Shown here: positions 19,801 to 28,321 of the stretch, piece by piece
How positions within the stretch are numbered: the first letter of the stretch is position 1
How the letters are laid out: the number at the start of each line of letters is the position of its first letter
Virus record (IMG/VR): IMGVR_UViG_3300042389_001102
Span: 1-40,462 of that record
Direction: 5' to 3' (one strand)
Source: a virus
Taxonomy: Duplodnaviria > Caudoviricetes
Length of the DNA stretch: 40,462 bases
Translations under genes and position numbers: made by a program
Notes under the pieces: model-generated
Told to the model about the DNA's origin: nothing
The model's input: the letters and a program-made list of their open reading frames with translations, nothing else
Databases searched by the model: none

Positions 19801-20402
19801 TAATGGCTAAAGCGGTTAGGCAGTACAAAGGAGAATTTCAACCGTTTTACGTCCAAACAGCACCAGGCAAATTTGAACAAAGCGCAAAAGAATTTGAAGT
19901 GTCTGACTATGCTGGTAAGTCATGGAAGATTCATAATGCTCAGGAAATGGCTGATTATGAAAGAGGAGCTAAAGAGTTAGTCATGAAAATTGGAGTTGAG
20001 AAACAGGGCACGCTATACAAATTAACCAAAGATTCGGCTGAGTTGAATTCATACCTAAACGTATTAATCAAGCCTAAGTTTTATAACGATGATCCAGAGA
20101 TGCAAAAAATAGCTAATTTGCCAGATGGAACACCAGCAAAAGAGAGAGTAAAAAATGACATCAAAGCTGAATTGCTTAAATCTGCCTACACCTCAGTTAA
20201 TGCAAAAGCCAGAACGGACGCAGCAAAAGCGCCTGTTTCTAGCCCTGCATATTGGGCAAATGCTAAAGAAGATTCCATCGAAAGCACATACAAACTGTTT
20301 GCAAGAAGCAATCCAGAAAAGGCAAAACAAATTATCAAGGAAGCCCAGAAGATGGCTAGCAAAAACAGAAAAAAAGTACTAGCGAGGTTGACAGCAAACT
20401 AA
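13830..20402 (+). CDS. Large ejected polyvalent protein with ADP-ribosyltransferase and zincin metallopeptidase-like domains
   Basis: FKNWFGDSKVVD..GKPLVVYHG / GIYFT / GYDG / EYVA..PTQIKSA (ART of polyvalent proteins, ~16190-16760); HEVAH (16845-16859) followed by EKFARGFERYL. Confidence 0.8.
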   Translation: MTQGYIPNQAIVKKAGTPRIEDVMGGLFSRGLSGAQDIISGLSNRADVNQLKSIQAAQSIIPNRNNVLDANDLFQSVSGRVSGQQARGLAQKENQLASQGLVSKLSDKNKIVNRIASEEAKSIDSARLDLDRQGKEALTQFEKQLRDSNSFDDNEIQDALNSARKQIELKNKELIFGEAKKATQFLDKTGGMNPIESASFKGNELTRAIGGQPSIQAQALPIAAKAAAIYQGGGAPLVRTAGQILSAPENLMKQVGYQPEKPGLLKYAGDYLKGVNQDVQESPQVQMLQNQNPIIAGGTGLAGESILFMIAPEGALARNAAASTIKTLAKAGAPSIVKKIAGAAIKEGVQDAGLSALQTGSDLLSQVDSGALTKEQALSQLPSQLAINAAGDFVSAGALRGAGDLAGKALKGQIKLPEMPKTETVGGEGGANAVLERPTTAKPSNDFNMSETYRQIGQEMEKAGLLEQATKFYKKADANDPLLVNAKLKKQKGITQVRKRIAEEEANLQKSQQVAPDNNIPSQVDNLGNQAKPPTETESPKYKNSELDRPQTLAQDSNLRTNTQTQAQVEFAIRAKAGRIEQLNKRIKGNSLELANLKKGGKSWRGLTTKDIPALEKKIQEDKEALKQIKNPSPDLAYQSNLRNQQTGNSTQSRETIRQNENANTPPLKEQQLISEGMGATKLVSSNENLLNKNQDSNLGKNAQKDLKKQPSPVQTPRNQAELEQTYKTTFGLDEPKAKAAAVVTDRIFDTIARRKGITKEAAYAEVGFRKSNVSEVGKGAKFQGAQTDTPEFKNWFGDSKVVDESGKPLVVYHGVRSGKQIDKFLQKGDLGYKKADYSIAKAGIYFTDKPHLAKSYAGDSGQVENLYLSMKNPLDLGEYDAMYFNGTKIKSGSLINENFKRDLQGLPELPDPDIMLEALTLKARKWLEKNGYDGMVGKKGEMYAGAEYVALNPTQIKSATKNTGKFDPNNPDIRFQNGKGAMETLESGKKVIHALTDPNVSTPLHEVAHVYEEVLTKSERNTILKWAGSKEWDANASEKFARGFERYLSEGKAPIPALKEIFEDFKDWLVDIYKGITGSEIDLKLNKSMRKIYDEMLGRPDLKKIYNAESATKLDIDDLAKTATEPIDDYEKVMAEAMLKADPRSFRSGKPPDVKDWTEFQQKYRNPENYNTLDKQVDTKLKPRQQNIINELASTQQVRTNLDKTVKKANRELTKLLKPNESVSIQVGKNTYTFTRKDTEIVLNAKGQAELQRALDDFNEGREPELKQSKDSLNVQVKNVEIETPRISQQTKEGLANFIVEKSLRYANVDKEYDALKVEFDNNFKPDELFGKVWTDKNSTATFHVSKGALRDSDFNEFKAATTKELKGSKAFTEEAELKYPKTVKEGRLPPTSTKRAQEAIKQRLDMAEVKKEGVNTVEDIEAISKEFEGVKEKVKKSAKGKSFADAGTIIAALKLATGDPVDAVLSGVRAFGGFNKLAEKTKSKGLYEAAELADAFLGMQRGIETRLMDIDHPAVKKFSDIYKKMAAQEFTIRGKMNSAIDAKLVNPDELELVKKFFQENSPETIDALFAQHGAIEGITNPAAYAYAEAINDIRRARKEVLGAITKSNALPDNAKKAFETLFALDDSVYGQVHSKVNAFINDTVYKTALAYRLTSIPTILTDVPMKTGTTQGFRNTIGAVGDFLSKNPKVVNSELFKSFKAERMGNSWNQELSILAKTSKNPVFRTLQELAGKIQNNPLLGDWFSNTTSGIQNIGLIAIAKRFEQKYNKLNNTKIDIFKEYNGSNDVSREFALYANEQLNDLYNAGVGSLAKSGVSGNQLLKPLLFLKSESLRYQNLENKLMQQMKTGSEEVKREAFFAFTKYKMAQLLLGGTAATGIGAASNLFLSYLTPEQQDNYKESMNYLNIGRLLNVDLTEKLNSAIIQRKPGQSFYEAARSTFDEMKNPIVQAVLKFPDAINNWEKAQKNGDIAGQIKALTAPLPYASGLGDLMAKAVRQYKGEFQPFYVQTAPGKFEQSAKEFEVSDYAGKSWKIHNAQEMADYERGAKELVMKIGVEKQGTLYKLTKDSAELNSYLNVLIKPKFYNDDPEMQKIANLPDGTPAKERVKNDIKAELLKSAYTSVNAKARTDAAKAPVSSPAYWANAKEDSIESTYKLFARSNPEKAKQIIKEAQKMASKNRKKVLARLTAN

Positions 20403-20406
20403 AAAC

Positions 20407-22182
20407 ATGAGAACACGATTATCTTTCAATGTCCAGCCCTTGCCAATGTCGCTAACCTCTTTAGTGACTGGTGAAGGCATTAATGCAGCGGTAAGCAGAA
20501 AATCTTTAAACACTGAAACCACAAGCCAATTAAACACTGCTAATAATGTAATTGCCACAGTTGATGGAATCGGCAATCTAACTGAGGACTTAGAAGGGAT
20601 TGGTGTTAAAGAATTAACAGGAACGCTATTAAGCACAGGTATCACCAGAGCGGTCATTCCATTTCCCACCAAAACAGAACCCACCGAATTTTTAATTATT
20701 AAGGGCGGCAATGTTTACAAAATGGGCTCAGGCGGAGGAAATGAAACTCTTCTTGCAAGCGGTGTATTTAGTGCAACAGCTCAAATCGGCTTTCAATATA
20801 ATTTAGGGGGAGTGAGTCAAGAGCGCAGAGTTTATATCTGTGACGGGGTGAACAATCCTAGATACTATAACGGTACAAGCTTGGTCGAAGAAACCCAGTT
20901 TAATAGTCCAATCCTAGGTTTAGGTTTTCCAAAACCCTCAATAATGCCCAGCGAGAATGAAGGGGTTAGAGGAAGGGTACTTTATGGATTCCCTGAAACA
21001 AGCGAATTCAGAAATTTTGTTTTAGCCTCAAAAGAAGGAGATGGAAGCGATTTTACGGTTCCAGGGATTCCAAGCAATATTGATGCTTTCTTTCAAAATA
21101 TATTTCCTTCAGATGGTGGATATATCACAGCATTTGGAGTGCTTAAACAAAGCAATAGCACCTCTGAAACTTGGTATGTTTTTAAGAACAATAACAAGTC
21201 ATACACAAGCAGCACCCCTCAACTAGTGGGCGGTGTGGTAGTGGCTGATTTCAGTTTGTCAGCTAATAATATTGGATGTTCTTCAATGTTTGGAACATTC
21301 GCTTTTAATAATGAAATTTACGCTCTAAATGAATATGGCGTTGGCTCTTTCACCACTGCTACCTCTAGCGGTAACTCAGAAGCATTTGCAACTCAATTTT
21401 CTCAGAGAGTGAATCCACTAATTAGAAAATCCTCTCAAAACGCAGCTTTTAGTAAGTCATTCATCTTGCATTGCCAAGACAGAAACATAATAATGACTTT
21501 TATGCCTGAGCTGAATGCTAATGGGACTTATCAGGGATACTCCTATGGTGAAACCCCAATGAATTATTCAATTCAAATGCAATATGACCTCACAACAAAA
21601 GATGAACAAATTAGAAACTTTTGGTCAACAAGATATGGCAAAGGATGGGGATTCTCTTGTGGGGTAGCATGTGGCAAAAGAATAATTTTAGGCTCTTATT
21701 TTGGGAAAGTATTTGAACTGTTTGGAAGCAATGAATATGAAAGAAATCCTGCGGCTTCAAGTACAGCCGTTCCAATTCGGTCAAAGGTTGAAACTGGTGA
21801 TATGTATTTTGGAGGCTTAGACATTCTCAAATCATTTAATGAGCTGTATTTTCAATGGCAAGGGGTAGGCGGCATTATTGCCGATTTGTCTGTTTTCTTC
21901 AATCAAAGCGAAATCGCAAATGTTCAAGATGTTTATACCAACATAGGCACTAATGCAATAGTCGGACGATGGGATGATTCAAGTTCATTATTATGGGATA
22001 CATTAGGGGGCTGGGCTGGAGTTAGTAAGGTAAACTTAAATCTAACTCCTTCTAATGAAGGTAAATATGTTAGGTTAAGTCTGGAATGGGATTCACTGGT
22101 TGGTGAATTGCCAAATACCGCGTTACTTTCTGGCATGGCAGGTTATTTAACGCTAGGAACTAATACGAGGAATATCCGATGA
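20407..22182 (+). CDS. Tail nozzle / tubular protein B (P22 gp10, T7 gp12-like)
   Basis: 591-aa beta-rich protein with YICDGVNNPRYYNG, NIGC and ETGD motifs. Confidence 0.7.
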   Translation: MRTRLSFNVQPLPMSLTSLVTGEGINAAVSRKSLNTETTSQLNTANNVIATVDGIGNLTEDLEGIGVKELTGTLLSTGITRAVIPFPTKTEPTEFLIIKGGNVYKMGSGGGNETLLASGVFSATAQIGFQYNLGGVSQERRVYICDGVNNPRYYNGTSLVEETQFNSPILGLGFPKPSIMPSENEGVRGRVLYGFPETSEFRNFVLASKEGDGSDFTVPGIPSNIDAFFQNIFPSDGGYITAFGVLKQSNSTSETWYVFKNNNKSYTSSTPQLVGGVVVADFSLSANNIGCSSMFGTFAFNNEIYALNEYGVGSFTTATSSGNSEAFATQFSQRVNPLIRKSSQNAAFSKSFILHCQDRNIIMTFMPELNANGTYQGYSYGETPMNYSIQMQYDLTTKDEQIRNFWSTRYGKGWGFSCGVACGKRIILGSYFGKVFELFGSNEYERNPAASSTAVPIRSKVETGDMYFGGLDILKSFNELYFQWQGVGGIIADLSVFFNQSEIANVQDVYTNIGTNAIVGRWDDSSSLLWDTLGGWAGVSKVNLNLTPSNEGKYVRLSLEWDSLVGELPNTALLSGMAGYLTLGTNTRNIR

Positions 22183-23732
22183 CTTTATCGAGTGTATCGC
22201 CAGACAATACAGGGATCGCCCCTGCAAATCCTGTTCAATCAGCAAATGAATTAGCTTTTAGGTTAGCAGTTGCAAATGCCATTAATGCCTCAAATACGGT
22301 AGTTAATGGGAATTCGCTTGTAATTGACGCAATCCAAAGAACAAATTACATTAGAAGCTTTGATGTAGCTCAATTAAGCGTAGGTGCAAACACAATTGCA
22401 ATATTGTCTAATGCTGTTATTGCCTGGAATAATACAACTGAACTAGAAGTGACAGGATGGCCAGCAAAGACATTTAACACCACAAGCAGCCCAGTTGAAA
22501 TGGCTAACAATTTTGTGGGTTATTTGTGGATTATTTGGGACGGTGCAAGCGTCAAAGATTATGCAATTACAAGCCGCTTAATAGCTCCAGCTGTAAACTA
22601 CTCTTTGCTAGGCTTGTATTCAATTAATGGTTCTGGTGTTGTATCAATTACTTATGCCCTTGAAAGATTCTTTGAAAGTACTCCTAACTATTGGAGACAG
22701 CCTCAAACTTTTTTAGGTGGATTTGATAGACAACCGCCTGTACTTACTGCTTCAGTTGCTGCTAATGCTTTAACTGTTACCGCTGCACGTGGAAGCCTTG
22801 AATTTAGAAATGCAACTTTAACAAATGGAGCAATAACAACTTTATATAATAGCTCGGCTTCGATCACCATCCCCTCAGGAACAACGATTGGAAGTAGTTT
22901 CAGCGATACTTCACCTATCCACCTTTACGCTTTAAACAACGCTGGCACGATTGAATTAGCTTTAAGTCTAAATGGCTTTATTGATACAACCATTGCACAA
23001 TCAACTACCGCAATTAGCGGAGGAACTAATAGAGAATTACTGTATTCAACAACTGCAAGAGCTAGCGTTGCTGTAACTTATGTAGGTAAATTAGTAGCGC
23101 CTCAATCATTCCCTGGTACCTGGGCAACCGCTCCAACAAATGTTAAAACTTGCACTCAGTTTGAAGCAATTAATGATGAGAGATCAGGTTCTAGTTTGCA
23201 GGCTTTTAATACTCGAACCTGGGCTAATTTTGACGGCACTACAGCCGCTAATTTGTTTGGAACTTATTCGCAATCCGCATTTACGGTAACAGTCAATGCA
23301 ACCGCTCACAATCACAAGTTTGGAGATTTAATACAAACTACTATCGGCTCGGGAACAGCCGTTTCAGGAACTTATACTGTTGCAAGTGTAACTGGAGTAG
23401 ATAGTTTTACTTATACAGCCGGTACATCATTAACTACAAGCGGCAGTATAACTCTTAACAGGCGGGCTATTCGGGCTAGTGGAGGCGTGAGGAATGTAAC
23501 TTTTGTCGCAAATGGTGATTATGCCGTTAATTATACTTATGCTATGCCCGATGTTAACGGTTTGCCAATAGTATCAGGGTCGGTAGGCACAAACGGGAGT
23601 TTAATTACCGTTCTTTGTATCCCGGGCACAACCCTTAACGCAAATTACACTCGTATTAATGGCAGCCCTACCGCAAACGGTACAGGCGGACTAGCTAATT
23701 CTTCATATGTCAATTTTGCACTAATCAGGTAA
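22179..23732 (+). CDS. Tail fibre protein
   Basis: T/S/A/G-rich mosaic; WANFDGT...IRASGGV...GDYAVNY C-terminal fibre domain. Confidence 0.75.
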   Translation: MTLSSVSPDNTGIAPANPVQSANELAFRLAVANAINASNTVVNGNSLVIDAIQRTNYIRSFDVAQLSVGANTIAILSNAVIAWNNTTELEVTGWPAKTFNTTSSPVEMANNFVGYLWIIWDGASVKDYAITSRLIAPAVNYSLLGLYSINGSGVVSITYALERFFESTPNYWRQPQTFLGGFDRQPPVLTASVAANALTVTAARGSLEFRNATLTNGAITTLYNSSASITIPSGTTIGSSFSDTSPIHLYALNNAGTIELALSLNGFIDTTIAQSTTAISGGTNRELLYSTTARASVAVTYVGKLVAPQSFPGTWATAPTNVKTCTQFEAINDERSGSSLQAFNTRTWANFDGTTAANLFGTYSQSAFTVTVNATAHNHKFGDLIQTTIGSGTAVSGTYTVASVTGVDSFTYTAGTSLTTSGSITLNRRAIRASGGVRNVTFVANGDYAVNYTYAMPDVNGLPIVSGSVGTNGSLITVLCIPGTTLNANYTRINGSPTANGTGGLANSSYVNFALIR

Positions 23733-23739
23733 AACAAAA

Positions 23740-24288
23740 ATGAAACTATATATATTTAACAGACAAGACGGCTCTCAATCAGCAGAATCCTTTGAAAGTG
23801 AAATCTCTGAAGACATTCTTTGGGTAGGTGAAAACTGGGAACAATTCAAGGAAGAAACAGGGCTTTCACAAGCTGAGATCGGTGGGATTGTTAAGAAAAA
23901 CGGAAAACTTCTTTTTAGTATTGAGAAAAAAGCTGAAAGCGAAGCATTTAAAAAGCCAATTGCAAAAGGGAAAGACCTACTCAATTACTTGATAAAATCA
24001 GTAAGAGCACAAAGCAATCAAGAAGGGCTTAAACCAAGCGGTAAATGTATCAAGCTAAATAGATTTGAAAACATATTCACGAAGTGGAAATTTTCAGATA
24101 CTCTCACGGGCAACATTTGGGGTTACCTGGAAGTAGAAGAAGGTGATTTTACACAAGTTGAATTTGATGATTTTGTAAAAAGTTTGATTGATTCACAGGC
24201 TCTCAATAACCAGAACGGAAAGAAAAATATTGTGGATGCAGTAATTGGATTAATTCAGCAATGGTCGAGTACAGTCAGATTCGTCTAA
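23740..24288 (+). CDS. Hypothetical protein (possible fibre chaperone)
   Basis: 182-aa ORF directly after the fibre gene. Confidence 0.55.
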   Translation: MKLYIFNRQDGSQSAESFESEISEDILWVGENWEQFKEETGLSQAEIGGIVKKNGKLLFSIEKKAESEAFKKPIAKGKDLLNYLIKSVRAQSNQEGLKPSGKCIKLNRFENIFTKWKFSDTLTGNIWGYLEVEEGDFTQVEFDDFVKSLIDSQALNNQNGKKNIVDAVIGLIQQWSSTVRFV

Positions 24289-24320
24289 GGCTGTATATTA
24301 ATTTAAATAGGAGAAAAAAA

Positions 24321-24566
24321 ATGGGCTTTGATTTATCGATACAACCAATCAAGAACGCAGTAGATGTAACACCATCAAATACAGTTAATTTAACCAGACC
24401 AGCAAGGGGGCTATATGTTGGAGTGACTGGAAATGTTGTTGTAATAAACTTGCTAGGTAATATTGATACTTACACCAATTTAGCAGCAGGAATTTGGCAT
24501 CCAATAGCTTTCACTAGAGTAAATGCAACGGGTACAACAGCAACAAACATACTTGCGGGGTATTAA
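24321..24566 (+). CDS. Head spike base protein, RcGTA Rcc01079-like
   Basis: AGGAG RBS before ATG 24321; VTPS..V.L..PARGLYVG..GNV...RV.ATGTTAT.I motif. Confidence 0.75.
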   Translation: MGFDLSIQPIKNAVDVTPSNTVNLTRPARGLYVGVTGNVVVINLLGNIDTYTNLAAGIWHPIAFTRVNATGTTATNILAGY

Positions 24567-24568
24567 TA

Positions 24569-25438
24569 GTGGGAACTGCTTCGGGTTTAGCATTATCACC
24601 AAGTTTTGGGTCAGCTGCTAGCAGCTCCATTCTAGACCGCTTAAGTGTTAGCTCATCGGCTGCTTACTCATTGCGGAAACTAAGAAATGCATACACTGGC
24701 AATGCTATCAGGGTTAGACGTTCGAGTGATAATGCCGAGGCGGATATTGGTTTTACCACCATTGGTGATCTGGACACCGCCGCCCTTCTTACTTTTGTCG
24801 GTTCTGGCAGCGGCTTTGTTACCACTTGGTATGACCAAAGCGGCAATGCTCGCAATGCCACGAAGACCACAGCAGGAGCGCAGCCGCAAATTGTCAATAA
24901 TGGTGTACTTGAAATTGCCAACGGCAAACCCGCTATCAGATTTAACGGGTCAAGCATGTATTTAGGTGGTGTATCCCTTCCACTTTCTCAGCTTACCTTG
25001 TCATCTGTGCTAAATGACGTAACACAAGCACCAACTGTTCGCTATTCTATTGGGACTGGCAGCGGTTCCGTACCAAGGGGAATATTCAGCAGCTTTACTG
25101 GATTCTTTCCGCCAACCCCAAATGCCTCATTGGGATACGTTCCAGACGCAGGGGTTCCAGTAGTGCAGACAGGCTTTTTGCCAACAATAGGACAGTCTTA
25201 TGTTGTGAGCTTAACCACGACTGCGACAGAATCAAACATTCGGGCAAACGGTGGCAATAATGGAACAGGTGGAGTGATCACCCTGAACGAACTTTTCATC
25301 GGTCAACGCGGTGACGGTTTTTGGTATTACGATGGGTATAACTCAGAAACTATCGTATTCCCATCGGCATTCTCCACCACCGACCGTCAAACGCTTGAGC
25401 GTAACCAAGGGCAATACTACGGCATCACCGTCGCATAA
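24569..25438 (+). CDS. Putative head spike/fibre with ConA/LamG-like (arabinofuranosidase-B-like) domain
   Basis: AAYSLRKL...AIRVRRSSDNAEADIGF, FVTTWYDQSGNARNA; visibly GC-richer than its flanks. Confidence 0.7.
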   Translation: MGTASGLALSPSFGSAASSSILDRLSVSSSAAYSLRKLRNAYTGNAIRVRRSSDNAEADIGFTTIGDLDTAALLTFVGSGSGFVTTWYDQSGNARNATKTTAGAQPQIVNNGVLEIANGKPAIRFNGSSMYLGGVSLPLSQLTLSSVLNDVTQAPTVRYSIGTGSGSVPRGIFSSFTGFFPPTPNASLGYVPDAGVPVVQTGFLPTIGQSYVVSLTTTATESNIRANGGNNGTGGVITLNELFIGQRGDGFWYYDGYNSETIVFPSAFSTTDRQTLERNQGQYYGITVA

Positions 25439-25446
25439 GGAAAATC

Positions 25447-25818
25447 ATGAAATATTTAATTTTAAAAACACCATCAACCGCATACGCTCAAGCAATTAGC
25501 CGTTTTATCTATGGGATGAGCGTTCCCGCTTTTAATGAAACAACTCAATATTATTGCGGTTGGATTGAACATCCCGAAAATAACGAAGTGGCATTAGTAT
25601 TCCCAGAAAACGATTTACTGCCAATCTCACCAGAAGCAAATCCTATTTTATTGGTAGACACAATTAAAGCTACAATTACAGCCAGTGAAGCAACTGAGTT
25701 AGAAAACTTGATCGCAAATAGTCAGAGCATCAAGCCGATTGAACATATACCTGCAAGCTTAGCGAGTAATATAAAAACAGAAGCAGAAATGGAGGCGGGG
25801 GGATGGTTTCAGAAATAA
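25447..25818 (+). CDS. Hypothetical protein
   Basis: 123-aa ORF with AAGGA RBS. Confidence 0.65.
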   Translation: MKYLILKTPSTAYAQAISRFIYGMSVPAFNETTQYYCGWIEHPENNEVALVFPENDLLPISPEANPILLVDTIKATITASEATELENLIANSQSIKPIEHIPASLASNIKTEAEMEAGGWFQK

Positions 25819-26264
25819 GAGTAATTCGAGACAGAAAGGGCGGCACTGGTACGCTTTCTTATACCCATAATGGGATAAACATTGGGGATATTAAAATCCG
25901 TACTGGTGCAGCTAATCAGCTAGAAAACAGTGAATGGCTTAGAGGAATATCAGGGATTCCAATTGGTGATTTTTGGCTTTGGAACAAAAAAGGATATATA
26001 CAGCAGCCAAACGACTTAGACGCTACTGAAAAAGAAATAGGCCGCTTTTACCCGCTTAGTACCTACGCCCATGACCATAGAACTATCTGGAATCAAGACA
26101 AGTCTAAAAAGCGTGAAGAAATAGGGCTGCATGACGAAAACGGAATTAAGGGATCTGCTGGTTGTGTAGTGGTAATACTTAATCCATTATGGCGGGTATT
26201 GTGTAAGCACCTAGACGATACACCAGAAGGGCTTATTACGTTTAGGACTAGGTGGAGACAATGA
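25803..26264 (+). CDS. YkuD/L,D-transpeptidase-fold protein, candidate endolysin
   Basis: EIGLHDENGIKGSAGCVVV matches the H-xn-GS-x-GC catalytic motif; GGAGG RBS. Confidence 0.65.
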   Translation: MVSEIRVIRDRKGGTGTLSYTHNGINIGDIKIRTGAANQLENSEWLRGISGIPIGDFWLWNKKGYIQQPNDLDATEKEIGRFYPLSTYAHDHRTIWNQDKSKKREEIGLHDENGIKGSAGCVVVILNPLWRVLCKHLDDTPEGLITFRTRWRQ

Positions 26265-26488
26265 AAGCCTTAAGAACTAGACATATACCAGGCTGCTTAA
26301 CCCCCCGTCAGGTTGAAGCTCAGTATGGCGTATCAGCAATCAGAATAAGGAAACTGTTGGTCAACCATCCAAATTATTTAGATGGAATAGTAAGGATTCC
26401 GCATGGTGGACGGTCTTTGCATACCTACCATATACCAGAATCTGAAGTTAGCAAGTTATTCTTTTTGAAAGGGAAGCAAAAAAAGTGA
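26252..26488 (+). CDS. HTH DNA-binding protein (Xis/MerR-like; probable start MKALR at 26261)
   Basis: LTPRQVEAQYGVSAIRIRKL...YHIPESEV. Confidence 0.55.
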   Translation: METMKALRTRHIPGCLTPRQVEAQYGVSAIRIRKLLVNHPNYLDGIVRIPHGGRSLHTYHIPESEVSKLFFLKGKQKK

Positions 26489-26697
26489 TTAACTGGGAAA
26501 CACTCAACTTATTATCAGCCGCTAGACCTGATCACGGGATCAAGAAAGCCGTTGACGCATTCCTGAAAATCCAAGAAAAAAAAGAATTAAAAAAGCAAAA
26601 ACCACAAGGTGAACAAGTAGGCAAGTATACTAGTTGGATAACCAAGCAAACAGGAATAAATACTAGAAATGACAGCGATTTTACTAGAAGTTGTTAA
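26485..26697 (+). CDS. Hypothetical protein
   Basis: 70-aa ORF, GTGA overlap. Confidence 0.5.
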   Translation: MINWETLNLLSAARPDHGIKKAVDAFLKIQEKKELKKQKPQGEQVGKYTSWITKQTGINTRNDSDFTRSC

Positions 26698-27022
26698 AGC
26701 GGCTTGTCCTCACCTAAGCGAAGAGGAGATACTAGAAAAAGACAGAAAGATATTAGCCAGAAAGATACGAGAGAGGAAGTATTCAACAACCGTTCAGAAA
26801 GGGAGAATGTATTCTTCAGCAAAACATTGCAATATGACAGAGCTAGCGAACAAATACCCAGATCGCATATCCATGAACGAAATGCTAACGATTGTAAAAA
26901 GAACAGCTAAAACAATTCAGCTCAGGATGAAACAAGCGGGTGTAATTCCCCAAATAATACAAGTGGGAAGAAAGACCTACACGGTGACCAGAGAAGAGTT
27001 TAAAAGGGTGTTTGGAGTATGA
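26669..27022 (+). CDS. Putative HTH DNA-binding protein
   Basis: ISMNEMLTIVKRTAKTIQLRMKQAG...YTVTREEF. Confidence 0.5.
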   Translation: MTAILLEVVKAACPHLSEEEILEKDRKILARKIRERKYSTTVQKGRMYSSAKHCNMTELANKYPDRISMNEMLTIVKRTAKTIQLRMKQAGVIPQIIQVGRKTYTVTREEFKRVFGV

Positions 27023-27336
27023 GCAAAAAAGCATTAGGTAATTACTACGGGGCTTGTAACGAGCTAGTGAAAGCATTCTGCGAAAAACAAGACTTTACTT
27101 TTGATGGCTGGATAGCGAATGAAGTCGGAGAACATGCAAGCTTTGAATCTTACTGGGTTTTTCATTGTCATGATATTGTCACTGACCTTGAATTAAAGGC
27201 TCCAAAAGGGTTAATTAAAAAATGGGTTGAAGCCGCTTGTGAACACAATGAAGGTAAGGAATACAAGGACTGGAAAACAATCAATTACAAATCATATATA
27301 GAGGGGGCTAGGTATGAGCAAATTAACCCCACCTGA
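27019..27336 (+). CDS. Hypothetical protein
   Basis: 105-aa ORF, ATGA overlap. Confidence 0.65.
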   Translation: MSKKALGNYYGACNELVKAFCEKQDFTFDGWIANEVGEHASFESYWVFHCHDIVTDLELKAPKGLIKKWVEAACEHNEGKEYKDWKTINYKSYIEGARYEQINPT

Positions 27337-27607
27337 GCAAAAGTTTGTTGACTGGTGCAAACTGGAAAATATAACAGGTTATGAAATGCAATATAGATAC
27401 GAACCATCTAGAAAGTGGAGAGCTGACTTTGCATTTGTTGACCAAAAGATACTAATTGAAATAAATGGCAGTGATCATTTTCGCAGCTACACAAATATCC
27501 ACAACGATTACGAAAAGTGGAATCATGCCCAGATGCTTGGTTGGAAGGTGTTTTGTTTTGCCACAGGGAAACTATATTTCGAACAAATTAAGGAGCTGAT
27601 TAAATGA
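27314..27607 (+). CDS. PD-(D/E)XK endonuclease (Vsr/DUF559-like)
   Basis: RKWRADFA...ILIEING...DYEKWNHAQMLGWKV. Confidence 0.8.
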   Translation: MSKLTPPEQKFVDWCKLENITGYEMQYRYEPSRKWRADFAFVDQKILIEINGSDHFRSYTNIHNDYEKWNHAQMLGWKVFCFATGKLYFEQIKELIK

Positions 27608-27993
27608 ACAAAATAATAATGACAGCGCCAAACCTCAAAGAGAGGGCAGAGGCAGTAATAAAAGAATTAGAAATAAAAGATGTTGAAGTGTCTGATTTAG
27701 AACTTTTGTTTTACATTGCGAAGAATTATCCTGATACCGCTTTTGTAAGATATGACAATGGTGGTTATACTACTGATTACGATTCAGGAATTATGCTAAC
27801 CACTGAAGAGCTCGGACTAGATCCAAGATGTGATAAACAGGCTGTTTGGTTCAAGGAAGCAGGGGGCAACGGACTAGAGGAATTGGCTAAGGAGCTTAAC
27901 GAATTAGACATAGACAATATGTGCTCTCGCGAAATAGCCGCATACATACTAGACAATTATGAGATTAAAAAAAAGCCAGTTGATGGCGTATAG
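27604..27993 (+). CDS. Hypothetical protein
   Basis: 129-aa acidic ORF, AGGAG RBS. Confidence 0.65.
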   Translation: MNKIIMTAPNLKERAEAVIKELEIKDVEVSDLELLFYIAKNYPDTAFVRYDNGGYTTDYDSGIMLTTEELGLDPRCDKQAVWFKEAGGNGLEELAKELNELDIDNMCSREIAAYILDNYEIKKKPVDGV

Positions 27994-28025
27994 TAATTAA
28001 ATACAGAAGAATTGAGGCTAATTAA

Positions 28026-28310
28026 ATGAATCCAGATGAAATCAACATTGTAGAATTTGGCTTTGGAACTGCTTTAGAAGAATTAAAAGCAGGCTCAAAA
28101 GTTGCCCGCTCTGGCTGGAATGGCAAAGGAATGTTTATATATTACGTTCCCGCTGCATCATACCCAGCACAAACCGAAATAGCAAAAGAGCATTTTGGTG
28201 AAACTGTTCCTTATGGTGCATACATTGCAATGAAAACAGCTCAAGGTAATGTTGTTCCATGGCTTGCATCTCAAACAGATGTACTTGCTGATGATTGGCA
28301 AGTAGTTTAA
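28026..28310 (+). CDS. DUF2829 / Thoeris anti-defence Tad2-like protein
   Basis: FGTALEELKAG.KVARSGWNGKGMF...YIAMKTAQG.VVPWLASQTDVLADDW family signature. Confidence 0.85.
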   Translation: MNPDEINIVEFGFGTALEELKAGSKVARSGWNGKGMFIYYVPAASYPAQTEIAKEHFGETVPYGAYIAMKTAQGNVVPWLASQTDVLADDWQVV

Positions 28311-28321
28311 AAGGAGATTAA

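Noticed and set aside
14699-20711. Antisense and nested ORFs within the 2190-aa gene (and similar ones inside other structural genes)
   Set aside because: Fully overlapped by a motif-bearing long gene and lacking an RBS or recognisable motifs.
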